A stretch of DNA of 64,000 nt, taken from positions 8,556,001 to 8,620,000 of the forward strand of contig OZ296648.1 in the NCBI GenBank assembly GCA_965655095.1. The letters are read 5' to 3'. This DNA comes from Haplodiscus bocki. Its lineage: Eukaryota. Below are positions 21,701-36,800 of the stretch, one piece after another (positions within the stretch are counted from its first letter, which is position 1; each line of letters starts with the position of its first letter). A program made the position numbers and the translations under genes. Below the pieces are notes generated by a model that was not told the origin of the DNA, did not search any database, and worked only from the letters and a program-made list of their open reading frames with translations.

Positions 21701-24700
21701 TAATCAATTTGCATCTCTCATGTTTATCATCTCCATGATTCTGATCGTATTCGAAATCCTTGTAAAATTGTTTTATTGAAATGTTTTTTTTTCGATATTT
21801 TTTTATAAACTGTTTTGGGTCAAAAGTAAGCAAGTTGTAACCAGTAATTTTTGAAAAGTACCTTTCTGAAATGTTCTATTTGAAGCTTTGGTGTTTTTTG
21901 GTAATTTAATTTTTACTACCTTTCGATCTTGGTGATTGATGCAAAATTTGAAAAAAATCACTTGCATGTTTGTCAGTCAGCAAATTGGAAGCAATAGGTT
22001 CGAACAATACCAGTATCCTTTACATCTGATTCAATCAATTCATTGAGAATTTCTATTTTCCTCAGATAATCTATCATACCCTTCTATTCCTTTTTGAATG
22101 CTTTCTAGATTTTTCATTTCCAGGTGTAAATGCTTTTGATATATCCGCAGCTGCTTTTTTCCTGTTTAATCGATGGTTCAACTTCTCGTTCCCTCTTATC
22201 GTACTAACTTTTTCCACTCCGTTTTTCCCCCCAATAAATGCTTGGAATTGTTTTCTTAGATTGTTGAAGTTTCCTCTAAAATCTTCCCCAGTGTTGATTG
22301 TGAACATTTCTGTTCCTCTATTTAATCTAATGAAATAATGAATTTTACCATAACGTCATCCTTCCCCTTGATGAATAGGTTTTGAAACGAAAAGAGCAGT
22401 TGCAGTTATGGCTTAAAACTTCCTTGTTGGCACAGCAGATGATATATCAGCAGCAATTGCTAAGACCCTAGAACTATTTTTTAGCCATTTGACTACCAAT
22501 ATTTTTCACTGGTTTAGCAGTTGATTTGCCAATCGACTTTCGAAAAATTACCCAACCCTTCTGCTGCTATAGTATGTTGAGATAAAGTCCTAGTTTTATT
22601 TCTACCTACAACACTGTTGCCTCGCAATAATTTTATCTACTTACCAGTCTTCTTATTATACCTCTCTTGTCTAATATTAGTTTTTCCTGCATGGTTTTTC
22701 CCGCCATGGCATAAGGAATTAGTTTCTAGTTTTTGATAACTGTTCATTTACAATTTGGAGTTTTTCCAACTGACAATAATGAAATTAGGGTTTTCTGAAT
22801 TTTTTAACCTGTATTTATGTTGAAATTTCTCCAATGAAATGAACTGGATTATGATCATCATCTATGTAGAATTTATTGTCGTTAAGTGGCTCTTATTACG
22901 TTATACAGAATTGATGAGCTTTCTTTAGGAATTTTCAAACCTGGCGTTGCAATAAGACTAAAGGGTTATAAAAATCTCTCACGAACTCCATTTACAAATG
23001 ATCCATCGAAACAGGTCCATTTCAGATAGATTTTGCCGATGGTAGATCTTTTTATAGGTTTTTCACCTAATGGTGCTCCAGCTGCGTGTTTTGTTTCTGT
23101 AAAGACTACCACCTTATGAACTGTGAATTGAAAATTTAATGTCGTGAGGGGTTGTTAGAATTGTTTCTATAGTTTTTTCAACAGGCCTAGTTCCTTCTTC
23201 CTTCAAGACAATTTTGACATTCGCTGACTCATACATATACCAGTACCAGGTAGCATCCCGTAAGTGGAATCGAACTGTCATCGACAGCTGCAATTTCCAT
23301 GTATTCATTTTTATTTTCCTTGATCTTCTCTCGATGCTCCAAAACAGTCAGTTGTTCTGCTTTTGGTGAGCACAATTTGTGTTTTTTTGTAGATCAGGAA
23401 CAGGGTCTTACGAGTCAACAAAGTTGCAGTTTCAGGGTTGGTTAAATAATCTCATGATTGTAGCTTTGTCGCTATCTTGAAATAGTCGTTTTTTGAGAAG
23501 CGTTGATACAGTTGCACCATCGAAATCAATCTTCCGAGCTTATTCCGACCAAGAGAATTGAAATTGAATCAGTAGGTACGCTGAATTCCACGTTGGTGTT
23601 CCGTGAACACATGAAAGCTGCTCTGGGTTGCCATTGCTGGTTACCACAATGCCTCTCATTGGCAAAGTGGACTCATTGATGTATCGGAAATCTGAATCCA
23701 TAACGGACCATAGCTCACTGCTAATCAAACCGGTCTCTTCCACAATTACTGCGTCAACCTCTGTCAGGACAGCGAGTTGAATGCGTTGCCTGAAAAGCTT
23801 GCAGATTGTCCGTTGTATTTTAACATTTTTTGTTTAGCATTTTCTGCGAGGAACCGCGGTCAGTGAGTGGCATAGCCATTAGGCAATGTATGAGTTTCTC
23901 CAAGGTGCTGCCTTCGCTGCTGACAGTGTTCTGATTACACAACCCACTTCAGGTCTTCCGAGAAAGCAAATGTGAGAGCATTCAATGAGGCCGTGGGTTT
24001 GTCTGTTCCGGGACATCCGAGACCAAAAACGTGGGAAACGAATGCTTTGGTTTAAGCCAAATATGCGCTAACATCATCAATGAACATTGTGAGGAGTCTC
24101 TGTTGCTGTTCAACTGACTGGTTTGACTGCTTTAGTGTTTGATTCTTTTTATGCCTGAAAGAAAGAGGACTCTGTGTACCGTCAACACAATTCCAATAAT
24201 AATCGCCTATATAACGTATCTATTTCTGAATTGTTGTAATATATGCATTAATTCAAATAATTGGTGTTTAATATTCATGATTTGGTAAATAAAAGGCATC
24301 ATCCTCACGATTTGGATGAGGAAGGTGTATTCCGTTTCCATATTTTTTAGCCAGACGTGTTTTCATCCGCAGATGATATTCAGGTGTTTATGATCTTTCT
24401 TAAATTTTAGTGACGAGACAAGCCCGTTGACAAAGACAACTTCCTGGCCCAAAAAGTGCATGGGACCCATTCTACCGGACCGAATTTCAACAGTGCCATT
24501 GAACTGTCAGCCATCACCCAGTGATTTTTGTTGCTGCCTTCCCGGAAGGCGTTGCGTAGTACGAAGGAGTACTTCAAGAATTTCTTGCGGCAGCCCTTTT
24601 TCGGTTTGTTGACGGCGCTCGAATAATTACCGGGAGCCTATGCTGATAAGAAGCAGTCTCGGCCTTTCGTGATTTTTATTATCAAAATTGGTCTCCTTAC

Positions 24701-26913
24701 CGTCGCCCAAAAATAGCTTGGGTTCCGACATGTTTTCAGGATTCAGGGGAGGCACCTTGTTCAAAGTCAGGTATAATAGCTACGGAAAGAAAGAGGGACT
24801 ACGTATTACGGGTGGAACAAAAAATTAAGCTGCGCAGGAGAATAAAAGCAACTGTGCAGCAACAGCAGGCAACTGGATAACTGCTTCCTATACGCGGTGG
24901 CCGCCAAGGCGTACGGCACAATGTTTTAATGTGAAAATTAGCAAAAATGCCTTCTTTTAGCCTAAAAACTTTACTTCATGGGGAACTAACGAAGATAGCG
25001 TCAAGGGGCCTTCATTTTAGTAAACTTGGGAGAAATGGTTATCTGTTTGGGGTTTTCTCCAGATGCATCTACATTTCAAAACCTAATCTCCCTCTTGCTC
25101 AAAATTTGCCCGATTTTCCTCAATTTTGGCGTGATTGCTTTCTAGACTATTATTACAGAAAACTGTTGGCGAAGTTTTCGCTGTCCTTCCGTCCAGAAAT
25201 AGGGTTTCAACTTAGTCAAATCCCATAACGAATAACGGTAGAGCCCCTACCTGCAAGAACCTGTTCCTCTTGCTCAAAAATGGCCCGATTTGGCTCACAT
25301 TTGGCTTGATTGTTCTGAAGACTTTCATACACAAGTTTATGAACCAGATTTTGATTATCTTTTTCCAATAGTGCGATTTCAGGTTGTAAAGTTCAAGATA
25401 TTGGTATATACGCAATTTTCGGCGTACTTTCCTCACTTTTACCTCATCTAGCCACCGAGAGGGAATGGATGAACGCATTTTTACTCAAAGGGAGGTATTT
25501 GAAACTCTGATCAGAAGAAAGACCAATTTCGAAACCTTTTATAACCTCCAAACCCAGATGCCCCTCCCATATTCAAAACTATTTTTCTGTATGTAGTGGT
25601 ATCGGTAACGTGTCGCCACCGCAATCTTTAAATACACCCTCCGCACAGTCTATCGGTTTATGTAACATAATTGGTAACTTAATCGTCTGTCTTGGTCGAC
25701 TTGCTTGTACTTGGCCTTTCGTAACCGAATTTAATTTTCTGATTGGTTTCTTTGTTGGCGATCTTATTCCATAGACTGACGACAGTGATAAAAACTGAAT
25801 AGTCAAAGAGATAGAGGACCTGCTCGAGCTGATCGAAAAATGAGTAAAACGCCGCTGCTTATATCGCTGTTGCTGTTGGGATCATTGATGATATCCTTTT
25901 GGTAAATAATTAATTTTTTCTGTGGGACCTCGCCTTCATTTGGCATCTGTGAAGGTTTTCAAACCTAAGCAGGTGCTGCCGCCTGGTTGAGTTTAGTACG
26001 ACCAGTGGTAAGCTTAACTAGCTCAGGGAAACTTTCTCCCAATTTTTTTCCAGACTCCAGACTACCTTTCGTTGATTGACGACAGTTTTTTCACCTAGAA
26101 TCTGGAGTTTTTCGTCTTGGGATACTTCTCAAAGTTCGACCTATGAAATTGACCTGATCTTTGTTTGCTGCCTTTTTGACCTGCTTAACCATTTTCTTCA
26201 GAAACGGAGGACACCTGCGACACGCCGTTGTTTTGTTTCGGCGATGTGCTGATGGATGTTCTCATAAAAAAAGATATTTAGAAAAAAAGGGATTGGCGGA
26301 GTTCTTCGGACTTTCCGAAATAAATTGCACCATTTTTCAGTCTCACAGCAAACTTCAATATATACAATTTTATTCATACAAGAAGGTTTTAACTACAATG
26401 TTTACGGTACTACGGTACATGTTATTTGGTTGAGAGCATTCATTGAATTTTTTGATTTTCACGTCACGATAACGAAGCAAACCTCGACTGTCGGCTGAGA
26501 TCGAAAGTGCAAGCGGATCATGAGATATACCAATGTTAAGGACAAAATTCGATGCAGCGTGAAGTTCTGAAAAGAAAACGCGACAAAATTAGAAGAGTTA
26601 TATTGTAACCAACTGATTTCTTCCCTAAAACTTCCAGAAAAGGCGCCTTAGTGCATGCCGGCTGTGAATAACGCCAGTAGCCGAGTATTCTGACTTTTTT
26701 TGGAAAAAAATTGAGTTAAAGTAAGTAACTATCAAGATTGTTGCTGGAAGACAGATTCAAATGAGTTAACGGCTTTCAGCAGCATTTCAATCATTCGAGT
26801 CGTTCTGGCAGTACGAGCTAATTGACAGAAGGGCGGTTTAGAAAAATTGGCGCTTTACTCGTTTTCCTGAAATTAAATTAGACATTATCAATACAGCAGG
26901 CATGGGTGAAGAT
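18711..26913. repeat. Macrosatellite unit 2 (8,203 bp)
   Basis: Anchor-to-anchor distance; retains the 25210-25615 segment; deletion at ~25665. Confidence 0.93.
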
Positions 26914-29900
26914 ATTAGAACGAGTTCGTGGTGTCTTTTGAAGACTTGCAAAATGCAGATTTGATAAAAACCTGTCACATTACAAGTAATGCTTGACGTT
27001 TAATACTTAAAATGAACGTTTTAAATTAGTAATAACCTTTTTGCGCGGCCGAATAATAATGGAAGAAATACAAAAAGCTGGTGGAATAAATGAACAATTG
27101 GGATTCCACAGATATCCAGCTATAGACTCCGCTACAGAATCAGTACCCGGATCAAAATCTAGTTGTACTAAATGATTAGACAATGTATACACTGTACTGA
27201 GTATCTTGAGACTGATAAGTTTTATATCAAAAAAATATAATGTATGCTAATTGTGAAGAATGAGCTTTAAAAAATGTAAAGTGTGCTTTTTGTGAGAAAT
27301 AATTTTTGGAAAGATCTTTCGCAATTCTTATTTATTGTTCTTATTAAATCATTCTAATTTAACAATAAGAAAACAATACATATTACAGCAACTGTGTTAA
27401 TAGATTTTTCACTAATATCTGCATCCTGTGGAGACGAAAATATTAATAGAACCTGAACTGTAGGTCGTTTTGTAGTAAAACATATCATATGCTGAGTAAT
27501 TTACTACTAGCACCCGAATGTGGAAACTTAAAATTAATAGCTCGATGTCCCCAACAGTATCCTGGCAACTGTGTTGTTGAACAAATTGCATTTTCAATTG
27601 ATGAATGGAAGTTTATGTTGTTCTTTTTGATAATATGTTACGTTCTAAGCGCAGTTTCACTGTTTCATCTCGGGATGAAACAGATGAAAAGTTGAAACAA
27701 AATTCTATCCAAGACGAAACAATTTTACTTCCAAGATGAAACAAAAGACAAAACAAGATGAAAAAAAAAGATGGAACAAACTTAGCTCATGATTAAAAAT
27801 CCCTGGGGTTAACTGTATTTTCTGCGAGTGTTTGTATCAGTTCTTGAGTGTTGATGCTGTCCAGAACGTCTTGGGTGTTGAACTGGAAGCCACTGAATCC
27901 TTCGGCTGGGGTGGGTTCTGTGCTCAAAGGACTGCTGGGCTGTCGACTGTACGGAGTACGGTCAATTGCTTCCTTTCCTGTTTTCGAGCTTCAAAAAACT
28001 CTTTTTGTGCTTGAATTCAATCCTCCTGGGCAATACTTGGGTTGGTTTTGGGGCAAAATCTTTTTCCACGGTTTTGCGTACGACCAGGGTCTGTAGCTGG
28101 GCCTCGACAACCAGAACAACTGTATTTCCGCATCTTTTTCTGACTGGTTTGAACCCCAGAGGCAGCTGCTTCGAGGGACTTTTTCATCCTCCCTTGTGTT
28201 GTTTTCAATCCAGCCGACGTTCTTCGAAGTTTTGCGTGACCGGTTGTATCTATTGGCTCTTCGAATACAAGAGATGTCGTTGCGCAAATTTCGGTCTGGG
28301 CGGAGGAAGAGCTGATGATGAGCATGGTTTCTCGATGGCTGGTAGAGGCTGTCTACTGATTAGAGTTGAAATTTCTTCCTCTCGAGACATGTTGAACCAC
28401 AAGTGAACAGTGCGTAAGTTGACGTTAATCAAAGAGGAAAACTCTTGGAGGGTCACTGTGGTCTTGGTCGGAGATATTTCTGCGGGAGATGGCAAAAAAT
28501 GGCTTCGGTATTGCGTTTTTTCCAAACAGATTGTTCTGAAAATCCAGCACTCACGAAGCCCCCGTTGATTTTGTTCGACTCCAGTGTGCCCCGGCCGGCG
28601 AGCACCGAAACGTGATTTTGTTAATGGTTTGAATTGTTGCCCATATGACACTGCTTTCTTGTCCAGCTCTTGCAATACTTCATAAAGCTTGACAATGTTT
28701 TCAATTTCACTTTCATTGTAATTTAGTCGAGTTTTTCCTACTTCCAGTAGGTTTTTGGCCAGTTTTTCCTTTTTATCCCAACCAGAAACGCCCTGCTGGT
28801 CTGGCCGCCAAAAAGCTTCATCATCAGAGGAATATCTTCCTCCGCTGCATTTTTTCGAGAGAAATATCGTTACTGCTTCTGTATCCAAATTGTTGATAGA
28901 GGGTCCTGGTTGCTGAATCAATTCCAGGTAGTCCATCTTTTCTTCCACCTGGTTTTGATCAAAATGCTCCAAGACAGTTTGTTTGTACTCGCTGATTGGT
29001 TGTAGTAGCTTGGTTACATAATTAAGAATAAATAAGGTTGAAATGGAAGCACTGCCTTGCTTTTCTTGTGTAATCATCCGTGAGGTCACTACTTTGGAAT
29101 GATTTTCTAGCTACCTGCCTTGACAGGGCTGAAGTAAATCAGAACGTGTCCCCTTCCCTCTCATTTGTTTCCCTTTTTCCGCCGTTGTCAACGAAGATCT
29201 TCCCCCTGCCTTCCATCTGCAATTGAACCATTCTTCACTCGAGGAAGACATGATTTTATTGAAAGTTAATTTTTGAGTCAACGTTATTGTCAATTATGGC
29301 TTACCATGAGAGACAACAGTAGTATTCTTTTTTTATTGAACGAACTGCTAAAACACCAGAGTTGTTATAATGATGTAGCAATTTTTGCTTTGAGCCATGA
29401 AGTGTTGAAAGCTTTGTGTAGAGAAGCATGGAAAGCGAAACATAACTATCTTATGATTGATAGTTTAGATGACGGAGAAGATTAATGTATAAAAAACGAA
29501 TAAATTTTACCCCTTTGACGCAACTTTTTTTTGGTCATGAAATGAAAGAAACCGTTCAGGGTTGTTGGTCTTTTACGGGTAGTAAACACTTATAGTGTTC
29601 TGTAGTTACAGAACCATACTCTTGAAGCTTGTCTGCTACAGCTGCACTTTCCCCACTATGTGGGAAGAATAATTTCCCCTAATTTTTTCATTGTCATTGT
29701 AGTTGATCAACTAATTCATAAGGTTGTGTTCAGGTAAGTAGAGATAAACTGTGTTGCAGTTTTGGTGCGCAACCTTTCACCTTCCATTCTTCAATTTCAA
29801 TCTCTAACTTCTAGACCTTTAATCAATTTGCATCTCTCATGTTTATCATCTCCATGTTTCTGATCGTATTCGAAATCCTTATAAAATTTTTTTTTTTATT

Positions 29901-32900
29901 GAAATGTTTTTTTTCGATATTTTTTTATAAACTGTTTTGGGTCAAAAGTAAGCAAGTTGTAACTCCAGTAATTTTTGAAAAAGTACCTTTCTGAAATATT
30001 CTATTTGAAGCTTTGGTATTTTTTGGTAATTTAATTTTTACTACCTTTCGATCTTGGTGATTGATGCAAAATTTGAAAAAAATCACTTGCATTTTTGTCA
30101 GTCAGTAAATTGGAAGCAATAGGTGCGAACAATACCATTATCCTTTACATCTGATTCAATCAATTCATTGAGAATTTCTATTTTCCTCAGATAATCTATC
30201 ATATACTTCTATTCCTTTTTGAATGCTTTCTAGATTTTTCATTTCCAGGTGTAAATGCTTTTGATATATCCGCAGCTGCTTTTTTCCTGTTTAATCGATG
30301 GTTCAACTTCTCGTTCCCTATTATAGTACTAACTTTTTCCACTCCGTTTTCCCCCCCAATAATTGCTTGGAATTGTTTTCTTAGATTGTTGAAGTTTCCT
30401 CTAAAATCTTCCCCAGTGTTGGTTGTGAACATTTCTGTTCCTCTATTTAATCTAATGAAATAATGAATTTTACCATAACGTCATCCTTCCCCTTGATGAA
30501 TAGGTTTTAAAACGAAAAGAGCAGTTGCAGTTATGGCTTAAAAATTCCTTGTTGGCACAGCAGATGATATATCAGCAGCAATTGCTAAGACCCTAGAACT
30601 ATTTTTTAGCCATTTGACTACCAATATTTTTCACTGGTTTAGCAGTTGATTTGCCAATCGACTTTCGAAAAATTACCCAACCCTTCTGCTGCTATAGTAT
30701 GTTGAGATAAAGTCCTAGTTTTATTTCTACCTACAACACTGTTGCCTCGCAATAATTTTATCTACTTACCAGTCTTCTTATTATACCTCTCTTGTCTAAT
30801 ATTAGTTTTTCCTGCATGGTTTTTCCCGCCTTGGCATAAGGAATTAGTTTCTAGTTTTTGATAACTGTTCATTTACAATTTGGAGTTTTTCCAACTGACA
30901 ATAATGAAATTAGGGTTTTCTGAATTTTTTAACCTGTATTTATGTTGAAATTTCTCCAATGAAATGAACTGGATTATGATCATCATCTATGTAGAATTTA
31001 TTGTCGTTAAGTGGCTCTTATTACGTTATACAGAATTGATGAGCTTTCTTTAGGAATTTTCAAACCTGGCGTTGCAATAAGACTAAAGGGTTATAAAAAT
31101 CTCTCACGAACTCCATTTACAAATGATCCATCGAAACAGGTCCATTTCAGATAGATTTTGCCGATGGTAGATCTTTTTATAGGTTTTTCACCTAATGGTG
31201 CTCCAGCTGCGTGTTTTGTTTCTGTAAAGACTACCACCTTATGAACTGTGAATTGAAAATTTTATGTCGTGAGGGGTTGTTAGAATTGTTTCTATAGTTT
31301 TTTCAACAGGCCTAGTTCCTTCTTCCTTCAAGACAATTTTGACATTCGCTGACTCATACATATACCAGTACCAGGTAGCATCCCGTAAGTGGAATCGAAC
31401 TGTCATCGACAGCTGCAATTTCCATGTATTCATTTTTATTTTCCTTGATCTTCTCTCGATGCTCCAAAACAGTCAGTTGTTCTGCTTTTGGTGAGCACAA
31501 TTTGTGTTTTTTGTAGATCAGGAACAGGGTCTTACGAGTCAACAAAGTTGCAGTTTCAGGGTTGGTTTAATAATCTCATGATTGTAGCTTTGTCGCTATC
31601 TTGAAATAGTCGTTTTTTGAGAAGCGTTGATACAGTTGCACCATCGAAATCAATCTTCCGAGCTTATTCCGACCAAGAGAATTGAAATTGAATCAGTAGG
31701 TACGCTGAATTCCACGTTGGTGTTCCGTGAGGACATGAAAGCTGCTCTGGGTTGCCATTGCTGATTACCAAAATGCCTCTAATTGGCAAAGTGGACTCAT
31801 TGATGTATCGGAAAACTGAATCCATAACGGACCATAGCTCACTGCTAATCAAACCGGTCTCTTCTACAAGTACTGCGTCAACCTCTTTCAGGACAGCGAG
31901 TTGAATGCGTTGCCTGAAAAGCTTGCAGATTGTCCGTTCAGCATTTTCTGCGAGGAACCGCGGTCAGTAAGTGGCATAGCCATTAGGCAATGTATGAGTT
32001 CCTCCAAGGTGCTGCCTTCGCTGCTGACAGTGTTCTGATTACACAACCCACTTCAGGTCTTTCGAGAAAGCGTATGTGAGAGCATTCAATGAGGCCGTGG
32101 GTTTGTCTGTTCCGGGACATCCGAGAGCAAAAACGTGGGGAACGAATGCTTTGGTTTCAGCCAAATATGCGTTAAGAGCATCTATGAACATTGCGAGGAA
32201 TCTCTGTTGCTGTTCAGATGACTGGTTTGCTCGCTTTGATGTTTGGTTCATTTTATGCCTGAAAGGGTGAGGACTCTGTGTACCGTCAACACATTTCCAA
32301 AAATAATTGCCTATATAACGTATGTATTTCTGAATCGTTTTAATGTATGCATTAATTCATTTAAATGGTGTTTAATAATCAAGATTTGGTAAATGAAAGG
32401 CATCATCAAGTGTTTCCTCAAGTGGTGATCGAAGTGGGCAGTTTTTTGGACACTTAGCGTTGAGAACGTTAGGAACTAGCTATTCAGAATAAACATTCTT
32501 GTTAGCGCGAGCTGATATTCGTGTCCACCGTAAACTTTGTTCACTCCAGTCATCTGTCTCTTCCACAGCTATCGTTTGCTCAAATACAATTTTTAACTTA
32601 ATCGTCTGTCTTGGTCGACGTATTTGTACTTGGCCTCGTAACCGAATTTAAATTTCTGATTGGTTTCTTTGTTGGCGATTTTATTCTATAGGCTGACGAC
32701 AGTGATATAAACTGAAAAGTCAAGAGGTAGAGGACCTGCTGGAGCTGATCAGAAATTGAGTAAAACGCCGCCGCTTGTCCCGTTGTTGCTGTTGGGATCA
32801 TTGATGATATCCTTTTGGTAAATAAATAATTTGTTCTGTGGGACCTCGCCTTCATTTGGCATCTGTGAAGGTTTTCACACCTAAGCAGGTGCTGCCGCCT

Positions 32901-33823
32901 GGTTGAGTTCAGTACGACCAGTGGTAAGCCTGACTAGCTCAGGGAATCTTTCTCCCGATTTTATTTCCAGACTACCTTTCGTTGATTGACGACAGTTTTT
33001 TCACCTAGAATCTGGAGTTTTTCGTCTTGGGATACTTCTCAAAGTTCGACCTATGAAAATGACCTGATCTTTGTTTGCTGCCTTTTTGACCTGCTTCAGC
33101 ATTTTTTCAGCAACGAAGGACGCCTGCGACTCGCCGATTTTTTTTTGCTTCTGCGATCAGCTGATGAATGTTCTAATGAAGAAGGTATTTAGAAAAAAGG
33201 GATTGGCGGAGTTCTTCGGACTTTCCGAAATAAATTGCACCATTTTTCAGTCTCACAGCAAACTTCAATATATACAATTTTATTCATACAAGAAGGTTTT
33301 AACTACAATGTTTACGGTACTACGCTACATGTTATTTGGTTGAGAGCATTCATTGAATTATTTGATTTTCACGTCACGATAACGAAGCGAACCTCGACTG
33401 TCGGCTGAGATCGAAAGTGCAAGCGGATCATGAGATATACCAATGTTAAGGACAAAATTCGATGCAGCGTGAAGTTCTGAAAAGAAAACGCGACAAAATT
33501 AGAAGAGTTATATTGTAACCAACTGATTTCTTCCCTAAAACTTCCAGAAAAGGCGCCTTAGTGCATGCCGGCTGTGAATAACGCCAGTAGCCGAGTATTC
33601 TGACTTTTTTTGGAAAAAAATTGAGTTAAAGTAAGTAACTATCAAGATTGTTGCTGGAAGACAGATTCAAATGAGTTAACGGCTTTCAGCAGCATTTCAA
33701 TCATTCGAGTCGTTCTGGCAGTACGAGCTAATTGACAGAAGGGCGGTTTAGAAAAATTGGCGCTTTACTCGTTTTCCTGAAATTAAATTAGACATTATCA
33801 ATACAGCAGGCATGGGTGAAGAT
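26914..33823. repeat. Macrosatellite unit 3 (6,910 bp)
   Basis: Anchor-to-anchor distance; ~2-kb deletion at ~32408 and ~0.1-kb deletion at ~28463. Confidence 0.93.
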
Positions 33824-36800
33824 ATTAGAACGAGTTCGTGGTGTCTTTTGAAGACTTGCAAAATGCAGATTTGATAAAAACCTGTCACATTACAAGTAAT
33901 GCTTGACGTTTAATACTTAAAATGAACGTTTTAAATTAGTAATAACCTTTTTGAGCGGCCGAATAATAATGGAAGAAATACAAAAAGCTGGTGGAATAAA
34001 TGAACAATTGGGATTCCACAGATATCCAGCTATAGACTCCGCTACAGAATCAGTACCCGGATCAAAATCTAGTTGTACTAAATGATTAGACAATGTATAC
34101 ACTGTACTGAGTATCTTGAGACTGATAAGTTTTATATCAAAAAAGTATAACGTATGCTAATTGTGAAGAATGAGCTTTAAAAAATGCAAAGTGTGCTTTT
34201 TGTGAGAAATAATTTTTGGAAAGATCTTTCGCAATTCTTATTTATTGTTCTTATTAAATCATTCTAATTTAACAATAAGAAAACAATACATATTACAGCA
34301 ACTGTGTTAATAGATTTTTCACTAATATCTGCATCCTGTGGGGACGAAAATATTAATAGAACCTGAACTGTAGGTCGTTTTGTAGTAAAACATATCATAT
34401 GCTGAGTAATTTACTACTAGCACCCGAATGTGGAAACTTAAAAATAATAGCTCGATGTCCCCAACAGTATCCTGGCAACTGTGTTGTTGAACAAATTGCA
34501 TTTTCAATTGATGAATGGAAGTTTATGTTGTTCTTTTTGATAATATGTTACGTTCTAAGCGCAGTTTCACTGTTTCATCTCGGGATGAAACAGATGAAAA
34601 GTTGAAACAAAATTCTATCCAAGACGAAACAATTTTACTTCCAAGATGAAACAAAAGACAAAACAAGATGAAAAAAAAAGATGGAACAAACTTAGCTCAT
34701 GATTAAAAATCACTGGGGTTAACTGTATTTTCTGCGAGTGTTTGTATTAGTTCTTGAGTGTTGATGCTGTCCAGAACGTCTTGGGTGTTGAACTGGAAGC
34801 CACTGAATCCTTCGGTTGGGGTGGATTCTGTGCTCAAAGGACTGCCGGGCTGTCGACTGTACGGAGTACGGTCAATTGCTTCCTTTCCTGTTTTCGAGCT
34901 TCAAAAAACTCTTTTTGTGCTTGAATTCAATCCTCCTGGGCAATACTTGGGTTGGTTTTGGGGCAAAATCTTTTTCCACGGTTTTGCGTACGACCAGGGT
35001 CTGTAGCTGGGCCTCGACAACCAGAACAACTGTATTTCCGCATCTTTTTCTGACTGGTTTGAACCCCAGAGGCAGCTGCTTCGAGGGACTTTTTCATCCT
35101 CCCTTGTGTTGTTTTCAATCCAGCCGACGTTCTTCGAAGTTTTGCGTGACCGGTTGTATCTATTGGCTCTTCGAATACAAGAGGTGTCGTTGCGCAAATT
35201 TCGGTCTGGGCGGAGGAAGAGCTGATGATGAGCATGGTTTCTCGATGGCTGGTAGAGGCTGGCTACTGATTAGAGTTGAAATTTCTTCCTCTCGAGACAT
35301 GTCGTTGAACCACAAGTGAACAGTGCGTAAGTTGACGTTAATCAAAGAGAAATTTCCTTGGAGGGTCACTCTGTTCTTGACACGATGTCGAATGGCCTCA
35401 TGGTCATTGAGCATTAGCTTGTAGCGTGACGTATACTCGCCTTTGCTGGGCGCCAATTTCTGCATTGGTCGGAGATATTTCTGCGAAGGATGGCAGAAAA
35501 AAGGCTTCGGTATTGCGATATTTCTGAACATATTGTGCTGGAAATCCAGCACGCATGAAGCCCCCGTCGATTTTGTTCGACTCCAATGTGCCCCGACCGG
35601 CGAGCACCGAAACGTGATTTTGTGAATGGTTTGAGTTGTCGCCCATATGACACTGCTTTCTTGTCCAACTCTTGCAATTCTTCATAAAGCTCAACAATGT
35701 TTTCAACTTCACTTTCATTGTACTTTAGTCGAGTTTTTCCTATTTCCAGTAGGTTTTTGGCCAGTTTTTCCACTTTATCCCAACCAGCAACGCCCTGCCG
35801 GTCTGGACGTCAAAAAGCATCATCAGAGGAATATCTTCCTCTCCGCTGCATGATTTCGAGAGAAATATCGTTACTGCTTCTGTATACAAATTGTTGATCG
35901 AGGGTCCTGGTTGCTGAATCAATTCCAGATAGTCCATCTTTTCTTCCACCTGGATATGGTCAAAATGCTCCAAGGCCGTTTGTTTGTACTCGCTGATTGG
36001 CTGTAGTAGCTTGGTTACATAATTGAGAATTAATAAGGTTGAAATGGAAGCACTGCCTCGCTTTTCTTGTGTAGTCATACGTGGCGTCACTAATTTGGAA
36101 TGATTTTCTCGCTAGCTGCCTTGACGGGGCTGAATTAAATAAGAACGTGTCCCCTTCCCTCTCATTTGTTTCCCTTTTTCCGCCGTTGTCAACGAAGATC
36201 TTCCCCCTGCCTTCCATCTGCAATTGAACCATTCTTCACTCGAGGAAGACATGATTTTATTGAAAGTTAATTTTTGAGTCAACGTTATTGTCAATTATGG
36301 CTTACCATGAGAGACAACAGTAGTATTCTTTTTTTATTGAACGAACTGCTAAAACACCAGAGTTGTTATAATGATGTAGCAATTTTTGCTTTGAGCCATG
36401 AAGTGTTGAAAGCTTTGTGTAGAGAAGCATGGAAAGCGAAACATAACTATCTTATGATTGATAGTTTAGATGACGGAGAAGATTAATGTATAAAAAACGA
36501 ATAAATTTTACCCCTTTGACGCAACTTTTTTTTGGTCATGAAATGAAAGAAACCGTTCAGGGTTGTTGGTCTTTTACGGGTAGTAAACACTTATAGTGTT
36601 CTGTAGTTACAGAACCATACTCTTGAAGCTTGTCTGCTACAGCTGCACTTTCCCCACTATGTGGGAAGAATAATTTCCCCTAATTTTTTCATTGTCATTG
36701 TAGTTGATCAACTAATTCATAAGGTTGTGTTCAGGTAAGTAGAGATAAACTGTGTTGCAGTTTTGGTGCGCAACCTTTCACCTTCCATTCTTCAATTTCA

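Noticed and set aside
20280-29089. Long ORFs 20280-20966 (228 aa) and 28250-29089 (279 aa) as functional genes
   Set aside because: Chance fusions of different reading frames of the decayed transposase; only the middle part is in the homologous frame.
29111-29293. Recurrent minus ORF MSSSSEEWFNCRWK...
   Set aside because: Largely the antisense of the ATPase FFTRGRH region.
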